The translations under genes were made by a program, and so were the position numbers. From Syntrophorhabdaceae bacterium (GTDB taxonomy: Bacteria > Desulfobacterota > Syntrophorhabdia > Syntrophorhabdales > Syntrophorhabdaceae), in NCBI GenBank assembly GCA_963666485.2, contig CAXXUO010000004.1, forward strand, positions 192,001-256,000: 64,000 nucleotides of DNA. Direction: 5' to 3'. Positions 8,943 to 18,769 of the stretch are shown here, in pieces. The notes under the pieces are model-generated. The model searched no databases, was not told the DNA's origin, and saw nothing but the letters and a program-made list of their open reading frames with translations. Positions within the stretch are counted from its first letter, which is position 1, and every line of letters starts with the position of its first letter.

Positions 8943-11144
8943 TCAGTAAGGGTTATTGCGCGAAGAAGGCTCGCCCGGCGTGGGTCGCTCAAGGGGGGCC
9001 GACGGGTCGGCAGGCGCGGGTGCGGGCGCGGAGTACGTGACCGGGAAATCATCAGGAGGAAAGTGGCGCAGTGCCGAACCCATGTAATTCATCCATATTG
9101 GCAGGCAAACGCGGCCCCCGCTTTCGCCCTTCCCCAGTGAGGTCCGTGCATCGAAGCCAACCCAGACCCCTGTCGCGATATGGGGTGAATAACCGACAAA
9201 AAGCGCATCGTAGTAATTGCTCGTCGTCCCGGTCTTCCCCGCGATGGGGTATCCGAGGGCAGATGCTCCCTTTGCGGTCCCGTATTGAACGGGCCCTTTC
9301 AGCAGGATATTCATGGATGCCGCGACTTCTTCCGGCAGGGCCCGTTCCTTCTGAATGACGGTATCTTCGAGGACATTCCCGTTCATCTCTACGACCCTGC
9401 GGACAAAGATCGGTCTTATCCGGCTGCCGCCATTGGCAAATGCGGCGAATCCCTTAACGAGCTCGATCAGGGTGATATTCGATGACCCGAGGGCAACGGA
9501 GAGGTTGCTCGGGACATCCGCATCTATCCCGAGGTCCTTGACCGTTTCCTTCACCGAGGCCACCCCTATCTCCTCGAGAAGCCTCACTGCTGCCGCATTC
9601 TTCGAATAGGCGACGGCGTCCCTCATCGAGATATCGCCGGAATACCGGCCGTCATAATTTTTCGGGGTCCAGCCGCCATAGGATTTTGCCTCGTCGTGCA
9701 GTACGGAGTCCGGGGTATAGCCCTTCTTGAGTGCGGTCACATAGATGAACGGCTTGAATGCGCTCCCCGCCTGCACTTTGGCCGTCGTGGCCCTGTTGTA
9801 CGGGCTTTTTTCGAAGTCGCGGCCGCCGACGAGGGCATAGACAAACCCCGTGTTGACATCCAGACTGACAAGTGCCCCCTCGACCTTCAGCGAACGTACC
9901 GGCTGAAAGAGGAGTGTTTTTTTCTTCGGGTCCTCGCCCGTGCACAACCCCTTCACGACATCGCCCGGCTTGAAGGGGTGGTCATCCATCTTCAGGGTCC
10001 CTTTTTTGTCGCCGACGAACACGGCGTAGCCCTCTTTTATCCGCTCGGATACGAGGAGATTACAGCTCTTTCCCTTCACGGCAGGGAAGAGCTTGAGGTC
10101 ACGCTCCTCGGCCCTCCTGAAATCATCCCACTTCCTGTGGGGCATGCGGTAAAGAACGGTAAATTCGCCGTTCCTCTGCTCGTACTGGTTAAGCCCCCGG
10201 ATTATTGCTCCCTCAGCCGCCTTCTGCATGGATTTATCAACGGCGGCATATATTTTAAAAGCCTTCTGCGAGAGTATGCCCCTGCCGTATTTGGCCTCCA
10301 TGTAGCGAAAGATATGATCTTTGTAATAACTGTCCTGGAAAACGCCGTCATCCTCCCGTATCGCTACCTTTTCCTTGAGGATCTGCTGCTTTGCCTTTTC
10401 ACTGATGAAATTCTTCTGGACCATCTGGTCGACGACGTATTCCTGCCGGATCCGGGCGTTACCCGGGTGTCTTTTCGGCGTATAGCGGGATGGCGCCTGG
10501 ACGATCCCGGCGAGGAGCGCCGCTTCAGCTACCGTGATATTCGAGACATGCTTGCCGAAATACACCTGGGATGCCGCCTCCACCCCGTAAACCCCGTGTC
10601 CCATGTAGATATTGTTGAGATACAGGTTCAGGATCTCGTTCTTGTTGAGGTACGTCTCGAGCTTCCAGGCAAGGATCGCCTCGCGTATCTTCCTGTTCAG
10701 GCTCTTTTCCGGGCCGAGAACGAGAGACTTGATCACCTGCTGGGTTATGGTGCTGCCGCCCTGCGCCATACGCCCGTACATGACATTCTTGACGAAGGCC
10801 CGCAATATGCCGAGCGGATCGACCCCCCTGTGCTTGAAAAAGTCCGCATCCTCAGCCGCGAGAAATGCCGCCCTGACATGCTTCGGTATCTTCTTGTACG
10901 GCACGAAAACGCGGTTGTCGGGTACGAAAAGGTATATCAGCTCATCGTGAGCGTCGTACACGCTTGTAACCGGCTTATTTTTCAGGTCTTTCAGCGCAAC
11001 CACGGAGGGGATGTCATTGATCAGGAAGAAAACGAACGCCGCGACGCACAGGACCCCCGAAGCGATGAGGAGAATGAGAAAGTATTTGAATATCTTTCCC
11101 GAAGAGGTCCTTGGTGCTGGTTTCCTGCGTTGTTCCTGCTTCAA
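8943..11144 (-). CDS. mrcA: Class A penicillin-binding protein 1A
   Basis: TM anchor; EDADFFKHRG and GGSTITQQ transglycosylase motifs; SAFK, SKN, KTG transpeptidase motifs. Confidence 0.93.
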   Translation of the reverse strand: MKQEQRRKPAPRTSSGKIFKYFLILLIASGVLCVAAFVFFLINDIPSVVALKDLKNKPVTSVYDAHDELIYLFVPDNRVFVPYKKIPKHVRAAFLAAEDADFFKHRGVDPLGILRAFVKNVMYGRMAQGGSTITQQVIKSLVLGPEKSLNRKIREAILAWKLETYLNKNEILNLYLNNIYMGHGVYGVEAASQVYFGKHVSNITVAEAALLAGIVQAPSRYTPKRHPGNARIRQEYVVDQMVQKNFISEKAKQQILKEKVAIREDDGVFQDSYYKDHIFRYMEAKYGRGILSQKAFKIYAAVDKSMQKAAEGAIIRGLNQYEQRNGEFTVLYRMPHRKWDDFRRAEERDLKLFPAVKGKSCNLLVSERIKEGYAVFVGDKKGTLKMDDHPFKPGDVVKGLCTGEDPKKKTLLFQPVRSLKVEGALVSLDVNTGFVYALVGGRDFEKSPYNRATTAKVQAGSAFKPFIYVTALKKGYTPDSVLHDEAKSYGGWTPKNYDGRYSGDISMRDAVAYSKNAAAVRLLEEIGVASVKETVKDLGIDADVPSNLSVALGSSNITLIELVKGFAAFANGGSRIRPIFVRRVVEMNGNVLEDTVIQKERALPEEVAASMNILLKGPVQYGTAKGASALGYPIAGKTGTTSNYYDALFVGYSPHIATGVWVGFDARTSLGKGESGGRVCLPIWMNYMGSALRHFPPDDFPVTYSAPAPAPADPSAPLERPTPGEPSSRNNPY

Positions 11145-12874
11145 AATACTATCGAACCTTTTCGGACATCATATGTCCCTGATACCGTTATCCTGAGCTC
11201 TACGATAGAGGTGAAGGTCAAAAAACATGTTGTCCAGACCGGGTCGTCGAGCGTGCTGCCCGAGGTGTGGAGGATGGAATTCAATTTCCCGTAGGCGGAG
11301 CTTATTTCGAGGACGGAAAGGTTCGACATGGTCGAGCCGATGGGAAGGGCAAGTACATCGAGGACCTTTCCTCCTTCGACGACCGCAATGCCGCCATTAA
11401 TGGCCAGTACGGTATTTGCCGCGAGGGCCATATCCTCATCGTCGAAACCGTGAACGATAAGTCCGTGCGTCTCGTGGGCGACGGTCGAAGCGACGGCGGC
11501 GCGTGCACCGAACCCGTAGAGGAATCCCTGCCCCCACTTCTTCTCCTCCCTGCGGCTGTACAGGATCTTCCGGATATCGCGGTCGCGGCTGGGCAGTATC
11601 ACGTTGCCCTCCCTCGGCAGGTCAGCATCCATCCTCTTTGTCACGGTCCTGTCGATGATGCCGATCACAGGTACCGGGCCGGTCTCTTTCCGTTCGATCT
11701 TGAGTTCGGAAGGCTCTACCGACGAAAACGAGTAAGGATAGGACCGGATGTCGCCTTCGAGCCGGGTTGAGCGCTCCCTCGCAAGTACGCCATCGCGCGC
11801 AGCCAGCGTGCCCCTTTCATAGACCATGACAGGTTGAGGCCTCTCAAGGGCCGGGCACAAAAGTATATCGGCGATCCTTCCGGGAGCAACGCTTCCGACA
11901 TCGTGATCAACTTTAAAATAGCGGGCCGGGTTGAGCGTCGTCATCCTGATGGCGTCTTCAGGGCGGATGCCGAAGCCGATCGCCCCGCTCACGATATGGT
12001 CCATGTAGCCTTTATTGACGAGATCACCCGCAAATATACCGTCGGAGACGAGGATGACCGAATCCTTCGGCAGGGAATTGATCGTGGGGCACAGCGACTC
12101 AAGGTCGTTCCTGATGGAGCTCATGCGCACCATGGTATACAGACCGAGTCGTACACGGTTCCTGATGTCGTCCGGCCGGATTGACTCATGGCATGACGTT
12201 ATCCCCGCGGCGGCGAGGGCGTTTAAGCGGTCGTATGACGCGCCCAGGGTATGCCCCTCTGCATTTTTTCCCATCGATCGCGCCAGCAGGATCCGCTGCA
12301 GTATGTCGTCCTCGTTCTTCGTAATCCTGAGATAGGGCGAGACCTCGCTTAAAGACACGCATTCAGGATGGTCCGACAGGAGGCTGAAGACATCATAAAG
12401 CGAGAAGATGTCCCCGCCTTCGATCTCCGGATAAGGGGGATATGTTGCCGGGACCCCCCAGAGATACTTGACATTGAAATGCGGGGCCTGCCTTAAGATC
12501 TCGCGGAAACCTTTGGGGCCAACCGAGTTTATGAGGTCATGGCTGTCCGAGAAGACGGTCGTCGTACCTTTCGTGACGGCGATATCGGAAAATGTGGCGG
12601 GATTGTAGAAAAGGTCGGCATGGCCGTGCGCATCGATGTATCCCGGTATGACGACGAGGCCTTTCGCATCCACAATGCGGGTGTGCGGCCCTGTCCTCGC
12701 CTTTGCCGTCCCCACGTACGCGATCCAGTTACCGGATATCCAAACGTCACCCGGAATGACCTCGCCCGTGAACACGTCGAAGACCGAGCCACCCTCTATG
12801 ACGACATCCGGCGGCTTGTCCGCGGTCGCGACGGCAACGAGGTCTTTCAGGTCCTGTAGCGTCTTCTTGATCAT
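11141..12874 (-). CDS. ade: Adenine deaminase-family amidohydrolase (paralog 1)
   Basis: PGYIDAHGH, EGH, SCHES, VSDG, NPARYF, Ade C-terminal domain; start 12874 or 12883. Confidence 0.8.
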   Translation of the reverse strand: MIKKTLQDLKDLVAVATADKPPDVVIEGGSVFDVFTGEVIPGDVWISGNWIAYVGTAKARTGPHTRIVDAKGLVVIPGYIDAHGHADLFYNPATFSDIAVTKGTTTVFSDSHDLINSVGPKGFREILRQAPHFNVKYLWGVPATYPPYPEIEGGDIFSLYDVFSLLSDHPECVSLSEVSPYLRITKNEDDILQRILLARSMGKNAEGHTLGASYDRLNALAAAGITSCHESIRPDDIRNRVRLGLYTMVRMSSIRNDLESLCPTINSLPKDSVILVSDGIFAGDLVNKGYMDHIVSGAIGFGIRPEDAIRMTTLNPARYFKVDHDVGSVAPGRIADILLCPALERPQPVMVYERGTLAARDGVLARERSTRLEGDIRSYPYSFSSVEPSELKIERKETGPVPVIGIIDRTVTKRMDADLPREGNVILPSRDRDIRKILYSRREEKKWGQGFLYGFGARAAVASTVAHETHGLIVHGFDDEDMALAANTVLAINGGIAVVEGGKVLDVLALPIGSTMSNLSVLEISSAYGKLNSILHTSGSTLDDPVWTTCFLTFTSIVELRITVSGTYDVRKGSIVF

Positions 12875-13042
12875 TCCCTGCATCTCATAGGATATTCGAT
12901 TCAATGTAGCCCAAAAGCCCACCGCTTGGCAAGAAATTAGCTTATCACCCGGCGATCATCGAAAGGCCTGAAAACAATACTTGGCATGGAACGGCTTTTT
13001 CAAGTAGAATAAAAATACTTCGACGGGAAAGACATAACCAGC

Positions 13043-14788
13043 ATGGACGCCGCGACAATACGGACACTTCTCGATGTTACGAAGGGTAAGACGCGCCCGG
13101 ATAGCGTCATCATCAACGGCAGGATCGTCAACGTCTTCACGAACCGCGTGGAGGATGGCTCGTCTGTTGTCATAAAAGACGGCCTCATCGCATCGGTAGA
13201 GGATGATGGCAAGGCGCTGGAATATGACGCGCGAGAGGTCATCGATGCCCGGGGGTCGTACCTCTGTCCGGGGTTTATCGATGCGCATACACACATTGAC
13301 AGCCTTTACCCGTTCCATTCACTTGCCCCGTACGCGATCCGCGGGGGCACGACGACGGTGGTGACCGAAACCAGCGCCGTTGCATGCGCATGCGGAATGG
13401 AGGGTGTCAATTCCTTCGTCGAAAGCACGCGGGGCTACCCGGTGCGCTGCTACTTTCTTGCGCCGCCCCTCACCCCTCCCTTCCCCGAAATGGAGGGATC
13501 GAAGGGTCTGAGCCTCGGTGAGTTCAAGAAATTCCTGAAGCGCGATGATGTCGTGGCGATCGGGGAGGCGTACTGGACCCGGATCGTCGAGGGGGACCGG
13601 CGCATCTTGAGCCAGGCCGCGGCCGCGCTTGACCTCAATAAGAAACTGGACGGCCACGCAGCGGGGGCACGCGGCAGACGGCTTATAGAGTATGTCCTGA
13701 CCGGCATCACGTCCTGCCATGAATCGATCACCATTGACGAAGTTATTGAGAAGCTCCGGCTCGGGATCTACATAATGATCCGGCAGGGCTTCGTCCGCAA
13801 GGAACTGCCCGAGCTCAAGGGACTCAAGGACATGGACATCGACGTGAGGCGGCTGATCCTCACCTCCGACGTCTTCGACGCGGTCATGCTCATCGAGGAA
13901 GGCTACCTCGACTCGATCGTCAGGACCGCGATATCGTACGGCTTCAGGCCCATCGACGCGATAAAGATGGCGACGATAAACCCGGCCGATTATTACGGCC
14001 TGCGCCACCTCGGCGCCATTGCACCCCTTCGCCACGCCGACATCCTCTTCCTCGACAGCCTGGAGGACGTCTCGGTGAAAAAGGTCATGGCCGGGGGAAA
14101 GATGGTCTTCGATGCGGGGGAATACATCGGGGATGTGAGGCCCCACCAGTACCCGAAATCCGCGCGCACCACGGTCAAGGCCCGAAAGATCCGCCCTGTC
14201 GATCTCAGGATCGCCTCGGATAAAGGCCCGCGCAAGATACGCATTATCAAGGTGCTCAACCAGACGATAACACAGGAGATGGCCTGGGATGCCCCCGTCA
14301 GGGGCGGATATCTCGAAAAGGACCTTTCAGCCGACATAATCCCCGTTTCCGTGATAAACCGCTACGACAGTTCCGTCAGGGGAAAAGGCTTCATCACCGG
14401 TACAGGCATCAGTCAGGGTGCATTCGCAACGACGCTCATCTGGGACACGGGCAACATCCTCGTCATGGGAAGCTCAGAGGATGATATGGCGAAAGCGGTC
14501 AACCGCCTGATCGATCTCCAGGGCGGCACGGTCATAGTAAAAGACGGTACAGTTATCTTCGAATTCCCGATGCCCGTTTTCGGGACCATGCCGCTCGGAA
14601 GCATTCCCGAGATAGCGGACAAGACGCGGGAAATGGTGGAAAGCATTCGCAAGATCGGCGTGACACTCGAGCGCCCCTTCCTTACCCTCCAAACCATACC
14701 CTTCTCCGGGTTACCCTTCCTGCGCATCACAGATAAGGGACTCGCGGATATCAAACAACGGAAACTGGTACCGTTGTTCATAGAATAA
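13043..14788 (+). CDS. ade: Adenine deaminase-family amidohydrolase (paralog 2)
   Basis: PGFIDAHTH, DGH, SCHES, TSD, NPADYY, C-terminal LRITDKGL. Confidence 0.8.
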   Translation: MDAATIRTLLDVTKGKTRPDSVIINGRIVNVFTNRVEDGSSVVIKDGLIASVEDDGKALEYDAREVIDARGSYLCPGFIDAHTHIDSLYPFHSLAPYAIRGGTTTVVTETSAVACACGMEGVNSFVESTRGYPVRCYFLAPPLTPPFPEMEGSKGLSLGEFKKFLKRDDVVAIGEAYWTRIVEGDRRILSQAAAALDLNKKLDGHAAGARGRRLIEYVLTGITSCHESITIDEVIEKLRLGIYIMIRQGFVRKELPELKGLKDMDIDVRRLILTSDVFDAVMLIEEGYLDSIVRTAISYGFRPIDAIKMATINPADYYGLRHLGAIAPLRHADILFLDSLEDVSVKKVMAGGKMVFDAGEYIGDVRPHQYPKSARTTVKARKIRPVDLRIASDKGPRKIRIIKVLNQTITQEMAWDAPVRGGYLEKDLSADIIPVSVINRYDSSVRGKGFITGTGISQGAFATTLIWDTGNILVMGSSEDDMAKAVNRLIDLQGGTVIVKDGTVIFEFPMPVFGTMPLGSIPEIADKTREMVESIRKIGVTLERPFLTLQTIPFSGLPFLRITDKGLADIKQRKLVPLFIE

Positions 14789-14800
14789 AAACAAAAGACG

Positions 14801-14915
14801 GTTCCACGTTCCAGGTTCCACGTTCCACGAAAAAGAAGAAACTCCTCTATATCCTAAAAGCTGGGTGGGCCAAGACCCGTCTTTAACGTGGAACGTGGAA
14901 CCTGGAACGTGGAAC
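14801..14915. repeat. Inverted heptamer arrays (GTTCCAC/G)x4 ... (G/CTGGAAC)x4
   Basis: Perfect ~29-bp inverted repeat; left arm matches the one at 8304. Confidence 0.9.
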
Positions 14916-14957
14916 TTGCGTCATTTGGTAAAATGATGTTAGTTTGTTTGCCTGTTT

Positions 14958-15905
14958 ATGGAAAATACTATTGAAAGAATGTCGATCGCCGGGACAGTGA
15001 AGGCGTGGGTCACGTTATCGAGGCCCCCGTTTCATACGGTTGGGGTTTTTCCCTTCTTCCTCGGGACGATCCTCGCCTGGAGACTCGATAATGTCTTCAA
15101 TCTCCCGCTTTTCATTTTGGGAACGGTCGCTGTCATATTCATCATGCTGGCAACCTATTATGGCGGGGAGTATGCCGACGTGATGGAAGATAAACTCTCA
15201 GCCTCGATGGACAGGAACGCATTTTCCGGGGGTACCCAGGTCGTTGTCAAGAATCTTCTTCCCCGGCATCACGCTCACGTGGCGAGTTACATCGCCCTCG
15301 GCCTCACCGTCATCACGGGACTCATTATTCAGTTCAAATATGACACCGGTCTCCTCACGATACCACTCGGCGTCATCGGCATACTGGCGGGGTTCTTCTA
15401 TTCAATGATGCCGATCCGGTGGGTAACGCGAGGCGTGGGCGAGATAATCATCGGGTTCGCCTACGGCTGGCTTCCCGTGGCCGTGGCGTATTATCTGCAG
15501 ACGGGCAGGATTCATAGTATCATCAATTATATGTCAATCCCGATCGCGTGCACGGTTTTCAATATTATTCTCATTAACGAATTTCCCGATCATCCCGCGG
15601 ACGTCATCGCGAAAAAGAGCAACCTCGTCGTACGCTTTGGAAAGGCAAAGTCAGCGGTCCTTTATGTTGCCATGCACCTCATCGGCATCGCCGGCTATGT
15701 CGTCTCCGTAACTCAGGGCCTGCCGGTATCGGCGCTCATCTATTATGCGCCGGTCGCGGCCATCTGCCTCTGGTTATGCATTATGGTGGGATCAAAGAGG
15801 TACATGGACAAGAAAATGCTCGAAACCATATGTGCGCTGACCATAGTCACGAACCTCGGAAGCGCCCTTGCCTATATCCTTACCCTCTTTTTCATGAGGT
15901 CTTAG
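14958..15905 (+). CDS. UbiA-family prenyltransferase, MenA-like
   Basis: Multi-TM; LSRPPF, GEYADVMED, INEFPDHPAD..KSNLVVRFG motifs. Confidence 0.85.
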   Translation: MENTIERMSIAGTVKAWVTLSRPPFHTVGVFPFFLGTILAWRLDNVFNLPLFILGTVAVIFIMLATYYGGEYADVMEDKLSASMDRNAFSGGTQVVVKNLLPRHHAHVASYIALGLTVITGLIIQFKYDTGLLTIPLGVIGILAGFFYSMMPIRWVTRGVGEIIIGFAYGWLPVAVAYYLQTGRIHSIINYMSIPIACTVFNIILINEFPDHPADVIAKKSNLVVRFGKAKSAVLYVAMHLIGIAGYVVSVTQGLPVSALIYYAPVAAICLWLCIMVGSKRYMDKKMLETICALTIVTNLGSALAYILTLFFMRS

Positions 15906-17123
15906 ATGGGTCTTTTCGGGAAATGTCCTATAGCGCTCAGGCGAATATTCTGGCCCCCGAGCCTCGTGACAAAACAGCTCGGCAGCGTCCTTCTCTTCAA
16001 GCACCTCGTCAAGTGGGAACACTTCGGCACGTGGCTTTTCAGGCACAGCATGAAATCCCTTCCCGTCGCGGCAGGCGCGTACGGCATGGGATGCATCGGG
16101 TTTCCCGCACATCCCGCATGGGAAGTGACCGGTGCCTGCAACCTGCGGTGCATCCACTGTCACGCAACGTCCGGCAAGCCGGCCCCGGATGAGCTTACAA
16201 CCGCCGAGGCGAAGCGCTTCATTGACGAACTCGCCCTCGCCGACGAGTTCCGGATGCTTGTCTACACCGGCGGAGAACCGCTCGTCCGTCCCGATATCTT
16301 TGAGCTCTTCGAGCATTCCCGCAAGGCGGGTTTCGCGAACGTCATAGCCACGAACGCGACCCTTATCGACGACGCCATGGCAGAGCGGCTCGTAAACGCC
16401 GGGGTCGTGGGAGCCGCTGTGAGTCTCGATTCATCCGTCCCTGAGATACACAACAGGATCCGGGCGAACCCGAATGCCTTCGAACTGGCGATGAGGGGAA
16501 TGAAAGCCATAACGAAAGCGGGCATCCTCCTGCAGATCAATGTCACGGCAATGGAATACAACTTCGACACTTTGCAGGACCTCATCGAGCTTGCCGACGC
16601 GAAAGGCTCCGGCATCATGCTCATGTACCAGCTCGTTCCCGTGGGACGGGGAAGCAATATAGAGAGCGCTACCCTCGATATCACGGAGAACGAGAGGCTC
16701 CTCAATTTCCTGAAGGACAAGCAGAGGGATGTGTCGACGATCGTCGAACCGGTAGCAGGCCCGCAATATTGGCCCTTCCTCATGGAACAAAACGGCAAAA
16801 CAGACGGTATATGGATGAAGATGGCCGAGAAGACATTTCACGGATGCGCGGCCGGCAGGGGTTTTGTATACATCAAGGCGAACGGCGATATCTGGCCCTG
16901 CCCCTTTGTCGAGGTAAGCGCCGGTAATGTGCGCGACCGTTCGTTCGATTCCATCTGGCGGGACAGTGAAGTGTTCGTAAACTTGAGAAACCGCGAGCAT
17001 ACACTGAAAGGCCGCTGCGGCGACTGCAAATACCATGGCATCTGCGGCGGCTGCCGCGGCCGCGCCATGGCACTCACCGGCGATTACCTCGCGGAAGATC
17101 CGTCGTGCTTCATACGTAAATAA
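15906..17123 (+). CDS. Radical SAM/SPASM protein (AhbC/AhbD/NirJ-like)
   Basis: WEVTGACNLRCIHC, TGGEP, SPASM CAAG...PC...CGDC...CGGCRGRA...DPSC. Confidence 0.9.
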   Translation: MGLFGKCPIALRRIFWPPSLVTKQLGSVLLFKHLVKWEHFGTWLFRHSMKSLPVAAGAYGMGCIGFPAHPAWEVTGACNLRCIHCHATSGKPAPDELTTAEAKRFIDELALADEFRMLVYTGGEPLVRPDIFELFEHSRKAGFANVIATNATLIDDAMAERLVNAGVVGAAVSLDSSVPEIHNRIRANPNAFELAMRGMKAITKAGILLQINVTAMEYNFDTLQDLIELADAKGSGIMLMYQLVPVGRGSNIESATLDITENERLLNFLKDKQRDVSTIVEPVAGPQYWPFLMEQNGKTDGIWMKMAEKTFHGCAAGRGFVYIKANGDIWPCPFVEVSAGNVRDRSFDSIWRDSEVFVNLRNREHTLKGRCGDCKYHGICGGCRGRAMALTGDYLAEDPSCFIRK

Positions 17124-17590
17124 AAATGGTTCAAGGTTCAAAGTTCAAGGTTCAAGGCTAAAAAAACCGCTACAGTATACCGGCTAACCCCATTCTGCCA
17201 AACCCCCATCGTCATCCCCGCGGAAGCAGGAATCCACCATACTCCCGTCATTCCCGCGAAAGCGGGAATCCAGTGTCTTTGTCTTTTTAGACCGCACATA
17301 GTTTAACCCAAACCCTCCCCTGCATCGTCATCCCGGCGAAGGCCGGGATCCAGTGCCTTTTAATACCCGGTAGAACTTTCTTAAAGACGCTGGATTCCGC
17401 CGCAAAAGCCGGCGGAATGACGAACTAATGGGGCTGTTTCGTTGGACGGTTGGACCGTTGAACCTCGAACCCTCAATAACGTCATTCCCGCGAAAGCGGG
17501 AATCCAGTGTCTTTATCTTTTTATACGGGAACCAGATTACCCCAACCCCCATCGTCATTCCCGCGAAAGCGGGAATCCAGTGTCTTTATC
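17123..17590. repeat. Composite repeat: GTTCAAG heptamer arms plus six REP/dRS3-like palindromes
   Basis: CGTCATTCCCGCGAAAGCGGGAATCCAG-type copies at 17210, 17246, 17326, 17390 (inverted), 17480, 17553. Confidence 0.9.
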
Positions 17591-17611
17591 ATTTCTGGAA
17601 GTGTTGGGGAT

Positions 17612-18217
17612 TTATCTTTTCTTGAAAGATAGTTTGTTCTCTGTTCCGCTGATGAGGCGGGATATGTTCTCCTTATGACGGATAAGGACGATGATGGCTA
17701 CCACGCTTGCCATAATGACATATTCGCAGGGCGCGTGAACGAGGTGAAGGGCGACTGGCACTATTATTGCGCCTATCATTGACGCGAGAGAGATATAGCG
17801 CCACACGATAAAGACAAGAAGGAAAATAATGAATGCGCCGAGGACAACGAGCGGGCGTATCGCGATGTAAACCCCGAGGCCTGTTGCAACCCCCTTCCCT
17901 CCCTTGAACTTGAGAAAAACGGGAAAGATATGTCCCAGGAATGCCGCGAGGCCGACGATCGCTATGATCAACGGGTCGAGACCGGACAGTATCGCGGCAA
18001 CAGTCGGGATAAACCCTTTCGCCGCGTCCCCGAGAAGCGTAATAATACCGAGCGCCTTCCCTCCGGCCCGCATGACATTCGTCGCGCCTATGTTGCCGCT
18101 CCCCGTTTTTCTCGGATCGACCCCCTTCATTTTCCCCAGGATAACACCCACAGGTATCGACCCGATAAGGTACGCCAGGACAATGAAAATAACGCTTATT
18201 ACATTGTTACTCACCAT
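17612..18217 (-). CDS. plsY: Glycerol-3-phosphate acyltransferase PlsY
   Basis: YLIGSIP, GSGNIGATN, FKGGKGVAT, RHKENI motifs. Confidence 0.97.
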   Translation of the reverse strand: MVSNNVISVIFIVLAYLIGSIPVGVILGKMKGVDPRKTGSGNIGATNVMRAGGKALGIITLLGDAAKGFIPTVAAILSGLDPLIIAIVGLAAFLGHIFPVFLKFKGGKGVATGLGVYIAIRPLVVLGAFIIFLLVFIVWRYISLASMIGAIIVPVALHLVHAPCEYVIMASVVAIIVLIRHKENISRLISGTENKLSFKKR

Positions 18218-18272
18218 ACGTCGACAGAATAGGTGAAAAATCCCGCCCTGTCAACAAATCGGCCTTTTACGT

Positions 18273-18301
18273 TTGACAACCTAATCTTTTATTATTATAA
18301 A
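18273..18301 (+). promoter_or_regulatory. Sigma70-type promoter of tRNA-Leu
   Basis: TTGACA-17 nt-TATAAA, 8 nt upstream of the tRNA. Confidence 0.75.
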
Positions 18302-18309
18302 GAATGGGT

Positions 18310-18393
18310 GCCTGGGTGGCGGAATAGGTAGACGCAAGGGACTTAAAATCCCTCGCTCGTATGAGTGTACGAGTTCGATTCTCGTCCCAGGCA
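18310..18393 (+). tRNA. tRNA-Leu (anticodon UAA), CCA not encoded
   Basis: GCCTGGG/CCCAGGC acceptor stem, D-loop GG, anticodon loop CTTAAAA, long variable arm, GTTCGATTC T-loop. Confidence 0.96.
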
Positions 18394-18708
18394 TTAATGA
18401 TTTAAAGGCGGCATAAATCGTGATCGTTTACTTTTGGTATGGAGTCACGTCTTGCAATACGGCAATTCCTGAAACGGTCTTCTTGAAAAGTCCTTAATCT
18501 TCAAGCCTGGCAACAACCACACCTTTGAAAAAGTAATGCCCGGATATGACCGGCAATGGTCATTCGCATACTCAAACGTAGCCTTGCAGGACCTGCTTCC
18601 CTTTCCCACTCGTTTTGATCATGCGACTGGTATCGGGCACATTGAGATCGGTGAGATAGGGGCGCGACAGAGAGGGTTTCAAGTTGGGATATTGACATAT
18701 TTAAGGGC

Positions 18709-18756
18709 GTCCCGGTCGCCCCTACGTCCCGGTCGCCCCTACGTCCCGGTCGCCCC
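18709..18756. repeat. 17-bp tandem repeat GTCCCGGTCGCCCCTAC x~3
   Basis: Read directly; reverse complement begins GTAGGGGCGACC, a GTAG-REP-like end. Confidence 0.85.
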
Positions 18757-18769
18757 CCCGGTCACCCCT

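Noticed and set aside
17210..17590. Possible CRISPR array
   Set aside because: Irregular spacing (8 to ~57 nt), one inverted unit, mutually similar spacers, scattered copies elsewhere and no cas genes
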